A DNA stretch of 63,999 nucleotides, filler included, from Acidimicrobiia bacterium (GTDB taxonomy: Bacteria > Actinomycetota > Acidimicrobiia > Spongiisociales > CAZKJJ01), in assembly GCA_046759765.1 (NCBI GenBank). It is 24 parts of 24 records of this genome, joined end to end, with 100 filler letters (N's around TTAATTAATTAA, not from the genome) between each part and the next. Parts side by side here need not be neighbours in the genome. Positions count along the whole stretch, not along the records: positions 20,420 to 23,074 come from JBHICV010000252.1; positions 23,175 to 25,823 come from JBHICV010000253.1; positions 25,924 to 28,518 come from JBHICV010000254.1; positions 28,619 to 31,172 come from JBHICV010000255.1; 20 more parts are not named here. One strand, 5' to 3'. The position numbers and the translations under genes are program-made. Below the pieces are notes generated by a model, which was not told the DNA's origin, made no database searches, and worked only from the letters and a program-made list of their open reading frames with translations. This document shows positions 20,420 to 29,211 of this stretch, piece by piece (the first letter of the stretch is position 1; each line of letters opens with the position of its first letter).

Positions 20420-21088
20420 TCATGGCCGCACCTCCGGCCGCGACCGTGCTTGGTCTATCAGCCGTCTCCACTCCCCCCGTCGGGGCAAGAACATCGGGAC
20501 CTGCTGGCGGTAGGCGAGGTACTCGGCGCTGAACCGCTCGATCATCCGGGCCTCCTCCTTCGTCGCCAGGCGGTAATACGCCCAGACGATCACCGGAAAC
20601 AAAGCCAGCGTCGGGATCGTCGGCCAGTGGATAAGTTGGCCGAAGACGGCTAGGAAGATGCCTGTGTACTGCGGGTGGCGAATGACCCCGTACAACCCGC
20701 CCGTGGCGAGCCGTTCCTCTTTTCGGGCCTGATAGACCTCTCGCCACCCCTCAACCAGCAACGAGATTCCGAAGAAGACGAACCCGTAGCCGACGATCAT
20801 CTCAACCATCGCGCCGAGGTCGCCCCAGCCAAAGAGAGTCGCCCAGAGGTGGCCGCTCGTGTGGAGCCACGGGATGTCGAGACCGAGGAACCCGCTCAGG
20901 AGGTAGATCGTCAGCGGAAAGCCATACATCTCGGCGTAAAGAGCGATGATGAAGGCCTGGATCAGTCCCGCCCGGCTCCACTCTCGCCATCCCCTGGGTG
21001 CCACGTAGCGGTAGACGAGCCACGAAGCGATCACCACCATGATGGCGGACAGCTCCCAGTAACCCGTCTGCGCGAGCGGATCGCTCAT
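20420..21088 (-). CDS. Isoprenylcysteine carboxyl methyltransferase family membrane protein
   Basis: ALYAEMYGFPLTIY, GLYGVIRHPQY, EE...F...Y...Y. Confidence 0.9.
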   Translation of the reverse strand: MSDPLAQTGYWELSAIMVVIASWLVYRYVAPRGWREWSRAGLIQAFIIALYAEMYGFPLTIYLLSGFLGLDIPWLHTSGHLWATLFGWGDLGAMVEMIVGYGFVFFGISLLVEGWREVYQARKEERLATGGLYGVIRHPQYTGIFLAVFGQLIHWPTIPTLALFPVIVWAYYRLATKEEARMIERFSAEYLAYRQQVPMFLPRRGEWRRLIDQARSRPEVRP

Positions 21089-21122
21089 CGATCTTCCCTC
21101 ACCCAGCTCGGAGTCGGCGACG

Positions 21123-21410
21123 TCACCCGATCTCGGCCAGCAGCTTCATGGAGCGCGTCCGCCGGACAAACCAGTTGTAGATCGGAACATAGACCAGCCC
21201 CGCGTACGCCCCGTACAGGAAGCTTTCGACGAGACCGAGGATGAACCTCCCCGGACTCAGCCAGCTAAAGCCTGGCAGGACCGCTTCCAGGAACATCGTC
21301 ATGCGGAGGCTCGCTGGCACGATAAGCCCGTAGAGCACGCACACGACGAATGTCACGGCGCCGAAGCACCCGAGCGACCAGGTTACGACCTTCCAATTGA
21401 GCGTTTGCAT
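21123..21410 (-). CDS. DUF5676-like membrane protein
   Basis: FVVCVLYGL...LPGFSWLS...FILGLVESFLYGAY...YNWF; RBS GGAGGAAGG. Confidence 0.8.
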   Translation of the reverse strand: MQTLNWKVVTWSLGCFGAVTFVVCVLYGLIVPASLRMTMFLEAVLPGFSWLSPGRFILGLVESFLYGAYAGLVYVPIYNWFVRRTRSMKLLAEIG

Positions 21411-21421
21411 CCTTCCTCCCG

Positions 21422-21574
21422 TCAATGGTGGTGACCGCCTTCGCTTCCGTCCTTGCCGGTATCCGCGTCCTTATGTCCACCGTGTCTCCCGTGCCCGCCA
21501 TGGCCAAGATGGCATCCAAGCATTAGCAATGCGATCAGGATGAAGAAGCCATAGTTCTGGAGAAACTCAACCAT
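21422..21574 (-). CDS. DUF2933-like small His-rich membrane peptide (50 aa, not in the ORF track)
   Basis: MVEFLQNYGFFILIALLMLGCHLGHGGHGRHGGH...GGHHH; strong AAGGAGG RBS. Confidence 0.85.
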   Translation of the reverse strand: MVEFLQNYGFFILIALLMLGCHLGHGGHGRHGGHKDADTGKDGSEGGHHH

Positions 21575-21608
21575 CGCACGAACCTCCTTTCGTTTGGCTC
21601 AGAAGAGA

Positions 21609-22778
21609 TCATCGCCGAGACCGCTCTGGGAGTTCCCCGAGCTTGACTGTCAAAGCGAGCTCCTTCCCGTCACGAAGGACCGTGAGCCTCGCCTCACTTC
21701 CGACAGGCCTCTTCGCGGTCAACCGCGGAAGCTCGTCGACCCGCCGGATCGGCTTTCCCTGGAACGCTACAATCACGTCGCCGGCCCGAATACCGGAGCG
21801 GTCGGCCGGCCCGTTGGGGAAGACCTGTACAACAAGGGCGCCGCGTCGCGCTGGACGGTCGAGTTTCTTGGCCAGGTCCGGTGTGAGAGGCGCGATGGCG
21901 ATGCCAAGCCAGCCACGGGAGACGCGTCCTGTCGCCTTGAGCTGAGGGATCAGCTCCTTCGCGAGATTGATCGGGATTGCAAAGCCGATGCCCACGGATC
22001 CCCCGCTCTGGCTGAAGATGGCCGTATTGATCCCGACGACGTTCCCCCGAGTGTTGAAGAGGGGGCCGCCCGAATTGCCAGGATTGATCGCCGCGTCGGT
22101 CTGAATAAAGTCGTCGTACGGGCCGGCCCCGATCACCCGGCCCTTGGCACTGACGATGCCTGCGGTGACCGTGCGCTCCAGCCCGAACGGGTTCCCAATG
22201 GCAAGGACCCAGTCGCCAACCTGCAGGCTGTCCGAGTCGCCGAGCCTCGCCACCGGTAGGCTCCGGCGGCCCTGAAGCTTCAGCAGCGCCAAGTCGGTGA
22301 GAGGATCCCGCCCCACGAGGCGCGCCTCATACTCCTCCTCTTCGTCGGAGAGCCGCACCATGATCATCCGGGCGTTTCCGATCACATGGCTGTTCGTGAG
22401 CACGTAGCCGTCCGGCTCGACGATGAGCCCCGATCCGAGGCTCTGCCGGGGCTCCTCCCGGGGGAGGCTTTCTCCGAAATACTGCTCGAGGAACTCTCGG
22501 AACAGGTCCGGGCCCCGGGGCACGACCTGAGTGGTGCTGATGTTGACAACAGCTGGCTTCGCCGCGTCCACGATCGCCGCGAAGGAGTCGGGGCGGCCTC
22601 CGGGCTCCGCCGCGCGGCTGATCGGAGCGGGTGCGGGCGGTTCCGGTGATGTCCCGCTAAGCTCCCGGCCGCCGACGTACAGGAGGAACGCCAACACGAG
22701 AACGAAGGCGATCCCCCCGAAGGCTTTTAGCCTGGCTCCCATGGCCTTCATCGTCATTCCTCCCCTTCCTGCGCTCAC
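21609..22778 (-). CDS. HtrA/DegQ-type serine protease with one PDZ domain
   Basis: TNSHV, DLALLK, INPGNSGGPL triad; C-terminal PDZ; exact start uncertain. Confidence 0.95.
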   Translation of the reverse strand: MSAGRGGMTMKAMGARLKAFGGIAFVLVLAFLLYVGGRELSGTSPEPPAPAPISRAAEPGGRPDSFAAIVDAAKPAVVNISTTQVVPRGPDLFREFLEQYFGESLPREEPRQSLGSGLIVEPDGYVLTNSHVIGNARMIMVRLSDEEEEYEARLVGRDPLTDLALLKLQGRRSLPVARLGDSDSLQVGDWVLAIGNPFGLERTVTAGIVSAKGRVIGAGPYDDFIQTDAAINPGNSGGPLFNTRGNVVGINTAIFSQSGGSVGIGFAIPINLAKELIPQLKATGRVSRGWLGIAIAPLTPDLAKKLDRPARRGALVVQVFPNGPADRSGIRAGDVIVAFQGKPIRRVDELPRLTAKRPVGSEARLTVLRDGKELALTVKLGELPERSRR

Positions 22779-22872
22779 ATGCCCGAACCCAAGTGGGCCG
22801 AGACCTCCTCATCCGCCCAGTAAGACGCTAGGTTGGGCGACGGAGCACCGCCGACGGCCGTGGCGGTGGAGC

Positions 22873-23011
22873 GGCTAGTGGATGAGCTGGCCAAAGACGG
22901 CCAGGAATATCGCGGTGTACTGCGGATGCCGCACCGCCCCTTAGAGACCGCCGGTGGCCAGGCGCCTCTCGCCCGGCTCGCACCATACACCTCCCACCAG
23001 CCCTCGATCAT
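22873..23011 (-). pseudogene. Degraded partial copy of the ICMT-family gene
   Basis: IEGWWEVY...RLATGGL*GAVRHPQYTAIFLAVFGQLIH*P, versus the intact paralog at 20420-21088. Confidence 0.8.
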
Positions 23012-23176
23012 GCGCCCCTCAAGTAGGGCGCCACCTCCCCCAGGTGATCTTCGACGGCTCGAACCCCGGGGACGNNNNNNNNNNNNNNNNNNNNNNNNNN
23101 NNNNNNNNNNNNNNNNNNTTAATTAATTAANNNNNNNNNNNNNNNNNNNNNNNNNNNNNNNNNNNNNNNNNNNNTC

Positions 23177-23788
23177 GAGCCTGGACTGGACAAGTGGCTG
23201 GCTTCGCTGTTCGACGACGACCACCTCGAGGACACCTGTGAGATCCTCGCCGGCGCATCCCAACCGGACCCGAAGGCCGAAGCCCGCAGGGTCGCTCTCC
23301 TCGAGGAGATCCGTGACTGCGACCGGCGCTTCGAGCAATACAAAGCAGTCCTCGACGAAGGCGCCGACGCCAAGATCGTGGGCCGCTGGATGGCCGACGT
23401 CCGCCGAGAACGAGCCAACCTGGAAGCCCAACTCGGCCACTCCATCCCCGGCAGCAAGCTCGACAAGTCACACGTCCGAGCCCTCGTCGAGGCCCTCCAG
23501 GACGTAGTCGGTGTGCTGGGAGAGGCCGACCGAGACGACACAGCCGAGCTCTACAAAGAACTCGGCGTGGAGATGACCTACAGCCCCGAAGGCAGCGTCT
23601 CAGTGAGGTTGCGGCCGGTCCATCCGCGTGTACTAACGAAGGTGTCGGAGGAGCGAGTCTTACCTCAAGTACACAGCGCCAACCATGGAAAGCCGTGCTT
23701 CGCGCGGCGTAGGCGGCTTTGCCGTGCCAAACGAGCGGCCTATGGGCAGCACGGATCGATAGCACGAATCGACCAGCGTGATAGATGA
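23177..23788 (+). CDS. Large serine recombinase C-terminal part (5' truncated)
   Basis: GLDKWLASLFDDDHLEDTC... homologous to 13730-14210; reads through an att-like site. Confidence 0.8.
   Translation, partial: EPGLDKWLASLFDDDHLEDTCEILAGASQPDPKAEARRVALLEEIRDCDRRFEQYKAVLDEGADAKIVGRWMADVRRERANLEAQLGHSIPGSKLDKSHVRALVEALQDVVGVLGEADRDDTAELYKELGVEMTYSPEGSVSVRLRPVHPRVLTKVSEERVLPQVHSANHGKPCFARRRRLCRAKRAAYGQHGSIARIDQRDR
23624..23678 (+). other. attP-like site of a tRNA-Leu-targeting serine recombinase
   Basis: GTGTACT/AGTACAC inverted arms around GGTGTCGGAGGAG, a 13-bp match to the reverse complement of the tRNA-Leu 3' end. Confidence 0.7.
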
Positions 23789-24014
23789 CGCCCAATCACA
23801 ATGGCGCGCGGAGGCCGAGCGCAGGAAGTGCCGTTATGCGCTTGCTTCCGACGGTCGTCGTGGTGGGATTCTGAGCGCGTGATATGGGCGGCGGAGCTGT
23901 GCACTGGCCGGGGTGGGGCACCACACGTACCGTGGATGGCTTTGGCGTCCTTGGACAGGCGGCTGGACCAGCACGGATCCGCGACGGGGACTGAGTCCTG
24001 GCCTCTTAGGTCGG

Positions 24015-24560
24015 TCAGGGCTCGAACCGGTGCACGAGCCTGACGACGTCCTCGACTGAGAGCATGTCGGCGGCATCCTCCCCGTAATGGGAGTAGCGGA
24101 TGACACCCGCCTCGTCGACCAAGAAGTCGGCCGGCAAGCCGGCGAGGCCCCCGTTCTGGCCGATCGGATTGGCGAAAAGACCGTGCCAGATTGCCTTCAC
24201 CGACCCCGTCAGATAGCGCCTGCTCAGCAGGCCCCGCCAGGACTGCTGGACGCCGTAGGCCCGGTAGGCGACTCTCTCCGGATCGGCCGCCACAAGAAAC
24301 GGTGTGTGCAGCGTCCCCATGTGCTTCTCGACCTGGGATCTCGGTGAGTGGAAAAACGCAATGTGGGTAAGGCCAGAGAGCTCTACCTCCTGGTGGCGCT
24401 CGATGAGCTCACGCACCTGGAGGCTGCAGAACGGGCATCCCGCGAAGCGATGGAACTGCAGCCACAGCCGTTTCCCTTTGAGGTCGTCCAAAGAGACCGT
24501 CCCGTGGCGCAGCGTCTCGACGGTGAACCCCGGTGTCTGTGTTCCGACCTCTAGCCTCAT
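24015..24560 (-). CDS. AhpC/TSA peroxiredoxin-like protein
   Basis: FHRFAGCPFC, ADPERVAYRAYGV, GLPADFLVD. Confidence 0.9.
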   Translation of the reverse strand: MRLEVGTQTPGFTVETLRHGTVSLDDLKGKRLWLQFHRFAGCPFCSLQVRELIERHQEVELSGLTHIAFFHSPRSQVEKHMGTLHTPFLVAADPERVAYRAYGVQQSWRGLLSRRYLTGSVKAIWHGLFANPIGQNGGLAGLPADFLVDEAGVIRYSHYGEDAADMLSVEDVVRLVHRFEP

Positions 24561-24853
24561 TGTCCTGTTCCTCGCCTCATCCGACGGCAACGCCATCGAA
24601 CCGACGGCTGATTCCCACAGGGCCCGGTAGCAGGCAGGCGTAGGCGACCGCGGTGCCAGAGAGCTAGGGTCCCGAGGATCTCAGCGATCGCCTCGTCGTC
24701 GTACCCGTGACGCCGCAGGCCAGCGGTGGGGGCATTGAGGCAGAAGTCACATCCGTTGATCGCTGCGACCGTGAAGGCGATGACTCCTTTGGTCTTTGCG
24801 TCGACCTTGCGAGGATCCGTCACCCTGGCGATATGGTCGGAGATCGATTCCAA
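24557..24853 (-). pseudogene. Carboxymuconolactone decarboxylase/AhpD-like fragment
   Basis: VDAKTKGVIAFTVAAINGCDFC; conserved His absent, N-terminus missing. Confidence 0.6.
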
Positions 24854-24927
24854 CTAGGTCGGGCCGTTAGCGGGCTCCATCGCAGCGCTAGGGAATGCTG
24901 GGGGCCAATCGAGCCTTGACACTTGGG

Positions 24928-25605
24928 ATGAGTCGCGACCTCGAGTTCGTGTACGTGGGCGACCCCATGTGCTCCTGGTGTTGGGGCTTCGCCCCGGTCC
25001 TGGAGCGCATGCAGGAGGTCTACGACGTTCCCATCCGCCTCGTCCTCGGAGGGCTGCGCCCGGGCCCGGACGCAGAGGAGTTGGACGATAGGCTGGAGCA
25101 GTTCCTGGCTCACCACTGGCACCAAGTCGAGGCTGCCTCGGGACAGCCATTCGACCACACCTTCCTGAAGCGGCGCGACGGGTGGCGCTACGACACCGAG
25201 CTCCCCGCTGTCGCTGTGATCTCCATGCGAGAGCTCAAGGGAGCCGCCGTGCTGGCCTTTCATTCCCGGCTCCAGCGGGCCTTCTACGTTGAAGGTGTCG
25301 ACATCACCGACCCGGCGGCATACCCGCCGCTGCTCGAAGGCTTCGACGTGGATCGAGACAAGTTCATGGAGCTGCTTCGCTCCGACGACATGAAGCAGCG
25401 GGCGTGGCACGACTTCGCCGAGGCTCGCTCGCTGAGGGTCGACGGGTTCCCTACTTTGCTGCTGCGGGACGGTGAGCAGTGGGCCATCGTCACCCGCGGC
25501 TTCGCCCCGGCGGACAAGCTGCTGCCCGCCCTCTCTAACTGGCTGCTGGAGCGGTTCGCTGAGGAAGGTGAAGGCCTATTCTGCGAGCCCGGCACGGTCT
25601 GCTGA
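24928..25605 (+). CDS. DsbA family thioredoxin-fold protein
   Basis: DPMCSWCWGF, VDGFPTL. Confidence 0.92.
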   Translation: MSRDLEFVYVGDPMCSWCWGFAPVLERMQEVYDVPIRLVLGGLRPGPDAEELDDRLEQFLAHHWHQVEAASGQPFDHTFLKRRDGWRYDTELPAVAVISMRELKGAAVLAFHSRLQRAFYVEGVDITDPAAYPPLLEGFDVDRDKFMELLRSDDMKQRAWHDFAEARSLRVDGFPTLLLRDGEQWAIVTRGFAPADKLLPALSNWLLERFAEEGEGLFCEPGTVC

Positions 25606-25627
25606 AGGCTCGCGATCGGGTGAACCG

Positions 25628-25823
25628 ATGCGCAAGATGTCGGCCTTGCTGACGGTGGTCGCTTTGGTGGGGGCCGCCTGTGGGGACTCAGCTGGTGACA
25701 CGACCACGACCGAGGTCCGTCCGACCACGGCCGCGGTGATAACCACCGAGCCGACGCCGACGACCACCCAGCCGACTGCCGACCCGGTGGCCACGGTCGA
25801 AGCTCTGTTTCACGCGTGGAATG
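25628..25823 (+). CDS. Lipoprotein with Thr-rich linker (3' truncated)
   Basis: Lipobox-like VGAAC, TTTT repeats. Confidence 0.75.
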
Positions 25824-25923
25824 NNNNNNNNNNNNNNNNNNNNNNNNNNNNNNNNNNNNNNNNNNNNTTAATTAATTAANNNNNNNNNNNNNNNNNNNNN
25901 NNNNNNNNNNNNNNNNNNNNNNN

Positions 25924-26006
25924 ATAACGCCGCTCAACGTGGCTGCCCAGCCGGCCCAGGCCAAGCCTGTCGAATTCGTCCTCAGCTCACGGTCCGTAAT
26001 TTGCAT
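25924..26006 (-). CDS. 5' end of a membrane protein, paralog of 50457-51068
   Basis: MQITDRELRTNSTGLAWAGWAATLSGV vs MRVTDRELRTSLRGLAWAGWAATLSGV. Confidence 0.7.
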
Positions 26007-26074
26007 GTCTCTCCAACTTCCCCCGAGTAAGAGTGACTCCACACCGTTCCGAAATCGTTACGCAACCTCGCCCA

Positions 26075-26107
26075 CCCGCCCAGAACTATCAGGCACATAT
26101 GCGCTCC
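26075..26107 (+). repeat. dif-like site (degenerate)
   Basis: CCCGCCCA-gaac-TATCaGGCAC-ATATGCGCTCC. Confidence 0.65.
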
Positions 26108-26161
26108 CTCAGGTAGCTGTCTGAGGGCCGCCCATCCGGGCAGAGAATTTCCTGCTAACGC

Positions 26162-26800
26162 TTATGCGGGTTCCATTCGCGCTTCAGCACGGCCGCTGAC
26201 GTAAAGCATGATGCTGACAACAAGCACCCACGGAATCGCAAGGCCCACGAAGATGAACGAAACAGGGGACAGCATCCCCACCGCCACGACTGCGCTCGCC
26301 CAAACCAACCAGACCGGAAACCGGTCGGTACGGAACGAGACCACCGCGGTCGCCCCGACGAGTACCGCAAGGCCGATGGCAACCGCACCGAACAACCATT
26401 GCGATAGGTCGAGGAGACCAGTGGCTGTCTCCACTGCGATCCCCCCACTGCTGCCAGCTCGGTCCGCCGCCGCGGGCAACGCCGAATAAACAACCGCTAT
26501 CAGAACCGCGGCCGCTACTCCGCCACCGAACGCCACCGCAGATACCCTGCCGGTCCCTCCTTCAGCGACCCGCAAGCTGCTACGGACACTGCCGGAGAAC
26601 CACAACAGAAAAGCGGCAGACAACAGCCCCAGATAGCTGCCCCAGACGACCCTGTCCGACCCTTCTTCCAGGAACGATTTGATCTCCTCAGGCGGCGGCT
26701 GGAACTCGTAATGGTTGATCAGCAATGTCCCTGCCACAAACAACACCACAAACCCGACACCCGTCAAAGGAGCCAACTGGGCCCATCTCGAAACTCTCAT
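26162..26800 (-). CDS. DUF4386-like membrane protein
   Basis: About 6 TM segments; FSGSVRSSLRVAEGGTGRVSAVAFGGG; paralog at 52553-53191. Confidence 0.8.
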   Translation of the reverse strand: MRVSRWAQLAPLTGVGFVVLFVAGTLLINHYEFQPPPEEIKSFLEEGSDRVVWGSYLGLLSAAFLLWFSGSVRSSLRVAEGGTGRVSAVAFGGGVAAAVLIAVVYSALPAAADRAGSSGGIAVETATGLLDLSQWLFGAVAIGLAVLVGATAVVSFRTDRFPVWLVWASAVVAVGMLSPVSFIFVGLAIPWVLVVSIMLYVSGRAEARMEPA

Positions 26801-26858
26801 CAGTACCTCCTGACCCGACCCCAAACATACGCCTGCTTGGTTGGTGCTCGCTTCCCGA

Positions 26859-26875
26859 CCCGCCCATATCGGCAT
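26859..26875 (+). repeat. dif-like half site
   Basis: CCCGCCCATAT-CGGCAT. Confidence 0.65.
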
Positions 26876-26949
26876 CCACTTCGAGGAGCGGGTCAGGCCA
26901 AGGTCTACGAGCTCGGGGTATGCTGCTGGTATCGAGCGAGATGAAGGAG

Positions 26950-27729
26950 ATGATGATGCTCGATCTGTCGTCTGTCGATCTTGACCTGCTGGTCGTGGCC
27001 CTTGAAGACCACTCCTACGACTCGTCGTGGTGGTTCGATCCGACAACGGGCGCGGTGGAGTACTGCTCGATCGATGAGGATTCTGAGGAGTTCGAGGCAC
27101 GAGACCTTGTGCCGGTGGAGCCCGAGGATCCGCGCGAGGCTTATCAGGACATGGTGGACTTCACCTCGTTGGTTAGCGACGCCCGGGCCAACGACTTTCT
27201 GACTCGTGCCCTTCAAGGGCGCGGGGCGTTTCGTCGCTTCAAGGACACCTTGTTCGACTATCCCGAGCTGCGCCAGGAGTGGTTTACCTTCCACGATCGA
27301 AGGATGCGGCAACGAGGAATCGAATGGTTAGCCGACCGGGAGCTCATCACCGAAGATGCAGCGCGTCGAGCGCTTACCGATCTGGGCGAAGAACCCGAGA
27401 GTGTCGGCCCGCTGGGCGCTATGAGGTTGGCCGAGCTGGCGGCGGCTGGATTACGTCACCTATATGGTGGTCGGTTGGTGCGGGTCGTGCTGTATGGGTC
27501 GCAGGCTCGAGGTGATGCCGGACCTGATTCGGATATCGACCTGCTGGTGGTACTCCGAGAGATGGAGTCATCCTGGGACGAACTGCGCCGAATGGACGAA
27601 CTCCTATGGCGGCTATCGTTCGAACACGGGGTGACCCTGTCGGCTCTTCCCGTAACCGAGGACCAGTTGGATCATGCGGGCGAGCCGGTGCTCATCGAAG
27701 CACGCTCACACGGTGTAACGGTTGAGTGA
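26950..27729 (+). CDS. UPF0158 domain fused to a minimal nucleotidyltransferase (MNT)
   Basis: YQDMVDF...ALQGRGAFRRFKD...EWF (UPF0158) + LYGSQARGDAGPDSDIDLLVV (MNT). Confidence 0.88.
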   Translation: MMMLDLSSVDLDLLVVALEDHSYDSSWWFDPTTGAVEYCSIDEDSEEFEARDLVPVEPEDPREAYQDMVDFTSLVSDARANDFLTRALQGRGAFRRFKDTLFDYPELRQEWFTFHDRRMRQRGIEWLADRELITEDAARRALTDLGEEPESVGPLGAMRLAELAAAGLRHLYGGRLVRVVLYGSQARGDAGPDSDIDLLVVLREMESSWDELRRMDELLWRLSFEHGVTLSALPVTEDQLDHAGEPVLIEARSHGVTVE

Positions 27730-28106
27730 GCGCGGTAGAGGAGGGCATGGCCCGCTGCCGAGAGGAGATCGCCGCCGCCAAGGTCCTGACCAGAGAAGGG
27801 TTCGCGGCTCAGGCGGTCAGCCGTTGCTATTACGCCGCGTTCTACGCAGCCGAAGCCGCCCTCCTTAGTCTCGGTGAGTCCAGGTCGAAACACGCTGGAC
27901 TGATCTCCGCTTTCGGCCAGCTCGCTGTCAAGCGGGAAGGCCTCGATGAACGGACCGGTCGTCTGCTGCGCTCCCTCTACGACCGCCGCAGCCACGCCGA
28001 CTACCACCTGGGCCCAGTACCTCTGCAGGAGGCTGTTCAAGCCATCGAGGACGCCGAGACCGTGGCCAACCTCATCGGCCACTGGCTTGCGCAAAGGTCT
28101 CCATAA
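27726..28106 (+). CDS. HEPN domain protein
   Basis: AVSRCYYAAFYAA, SKHAGLI, RSHADY; GTGA coupling to the MNT gene. Confidence 0.9.
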   Translation: MSAVEEGMARCREEIAAAKVLTREGFAAQAVSRCYYAAFYAAEAALLSLGESRSKHAGLISAFGQLAVKREGLDERTGRLLRSLYDRRSHADYHLGPVPLQEAVQAIEDAETVANLIGHWLAQRSP

Positions 28107-28463
28107 CGCTGACGGGACCTCACACAAACCGCTCAAGCACATACGGGCTCACTTACCTGTGACCGGGCCGCAGACCAAAAACCTGGAGCGCTATCGCACA
28201 ATTCATGCACCCGCTCCCGATCGTCCACTCCGTGTGGTGAGCAGAACTCTGAAAGTTTGTCCGGGACCAGCTGCCCCGACGCTTGCCTCCGAGGTGCCCG
28301 ATTAGGTGCCCGGAGGTGTTACTAACAACGCGATGCCACGAGAAATACCGAAGGATGTTGAACGCCCTACGGAGGCGGAACCTCAACTCCTGCTTGGACA
28401 TTCGAGCAATGACGGGGTTGGTTGCTGACGGCTGAAAGAGATTGAAAAAGACCGTTTCGTAGA

Positions 28464-28518
28464 TTGAGGGCCTAGTGCCCTACTAATGGGCGTGAGGGTT
28501 CAAATCCCTCCTCCGACA
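28464..28518 (+). repeat. Duplicated 3' half of tRNA-Leu(GAG): island attR-like end
   Basis: 55 bp identical to 13694-13748, starting at the anticodon loop. Confidence 0.9.
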
Positions 28519-28618
28519 NNNNNNNNNNNNNNNNNNNNNNNNNNNNNNNNNNNNNNNNNNNNTTAATTAATTAANNNNNNNNNNNNNNNNNNNNNNNNNN
28601 NNNNNNNNNNNNNNNNNN

Positions 28619-29072
28619 CTTGGAAGTGCTGGAGAAGTTCGAAGCCAACCCCTATTATTATTTTCTCGGAGATATCGTCCGGGGACAGGTTGTCTCTCGC
28701 CTGGACGCGACCGGTGGGTTGATCGAGGGCCTCCAGCGCTTGGCGCCACAGGTTTCTCCAGCCGACGACGATCTCGGATTCGAGCACTCCCTCTTGGCCA
28801 GGGAGACCCTCTATGCCATGTTGGCCCGAGAGAATACGATCCACGAACTCGGGCAGCTCAAAGATGCCCGAGCCGTGCCGGTCCTGACTTCACAATTGAG
28901 GCATTCCAGCCGGCAAGTCCGACTCCTCGCGCTGGAGGCGTTGGGTGCGATTCAGGCGGCGGCTTCGCGTCCTGCTATCGAACGTCTTGCTCGAGACGAC
29001 AAGGATGAAACCGTCAGACAGGCAGCAGCCGAGGTGTTGGGCAGCCTGCCCAGCTCCTCGACCGTTCCCTGA
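28619..29072 (+). CDS. HEAT-repeat protein (5' truncated)
   Basis: LGQLKDARAVPVL, VRLLALEALGAI, VRQAAAEVLG. Confidence 0.8.
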
Positions 29073-29091
29073 GTCCCATCCGCTCCATGGG

Positions 29092-29121
29092 TTGACAACA
29101 AAAAAACGCGCTTGTTATAGT
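29092..29121 (+). promoter_or_regulatory. Sigma70-type promoter
   Basis: TTGACA, 18-bp spacer, TATAGT with an extended TG. Confidence 0.7.
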
Positions 29122-29211
29122 CGCTTGCATCCTCTACGGTCTATGGTGTGCCTCCGTTTCAGCCCGTACCTTTGTCGCGTGGGGATGTTCGCCACGCTCT
29201 GACTCGACATC

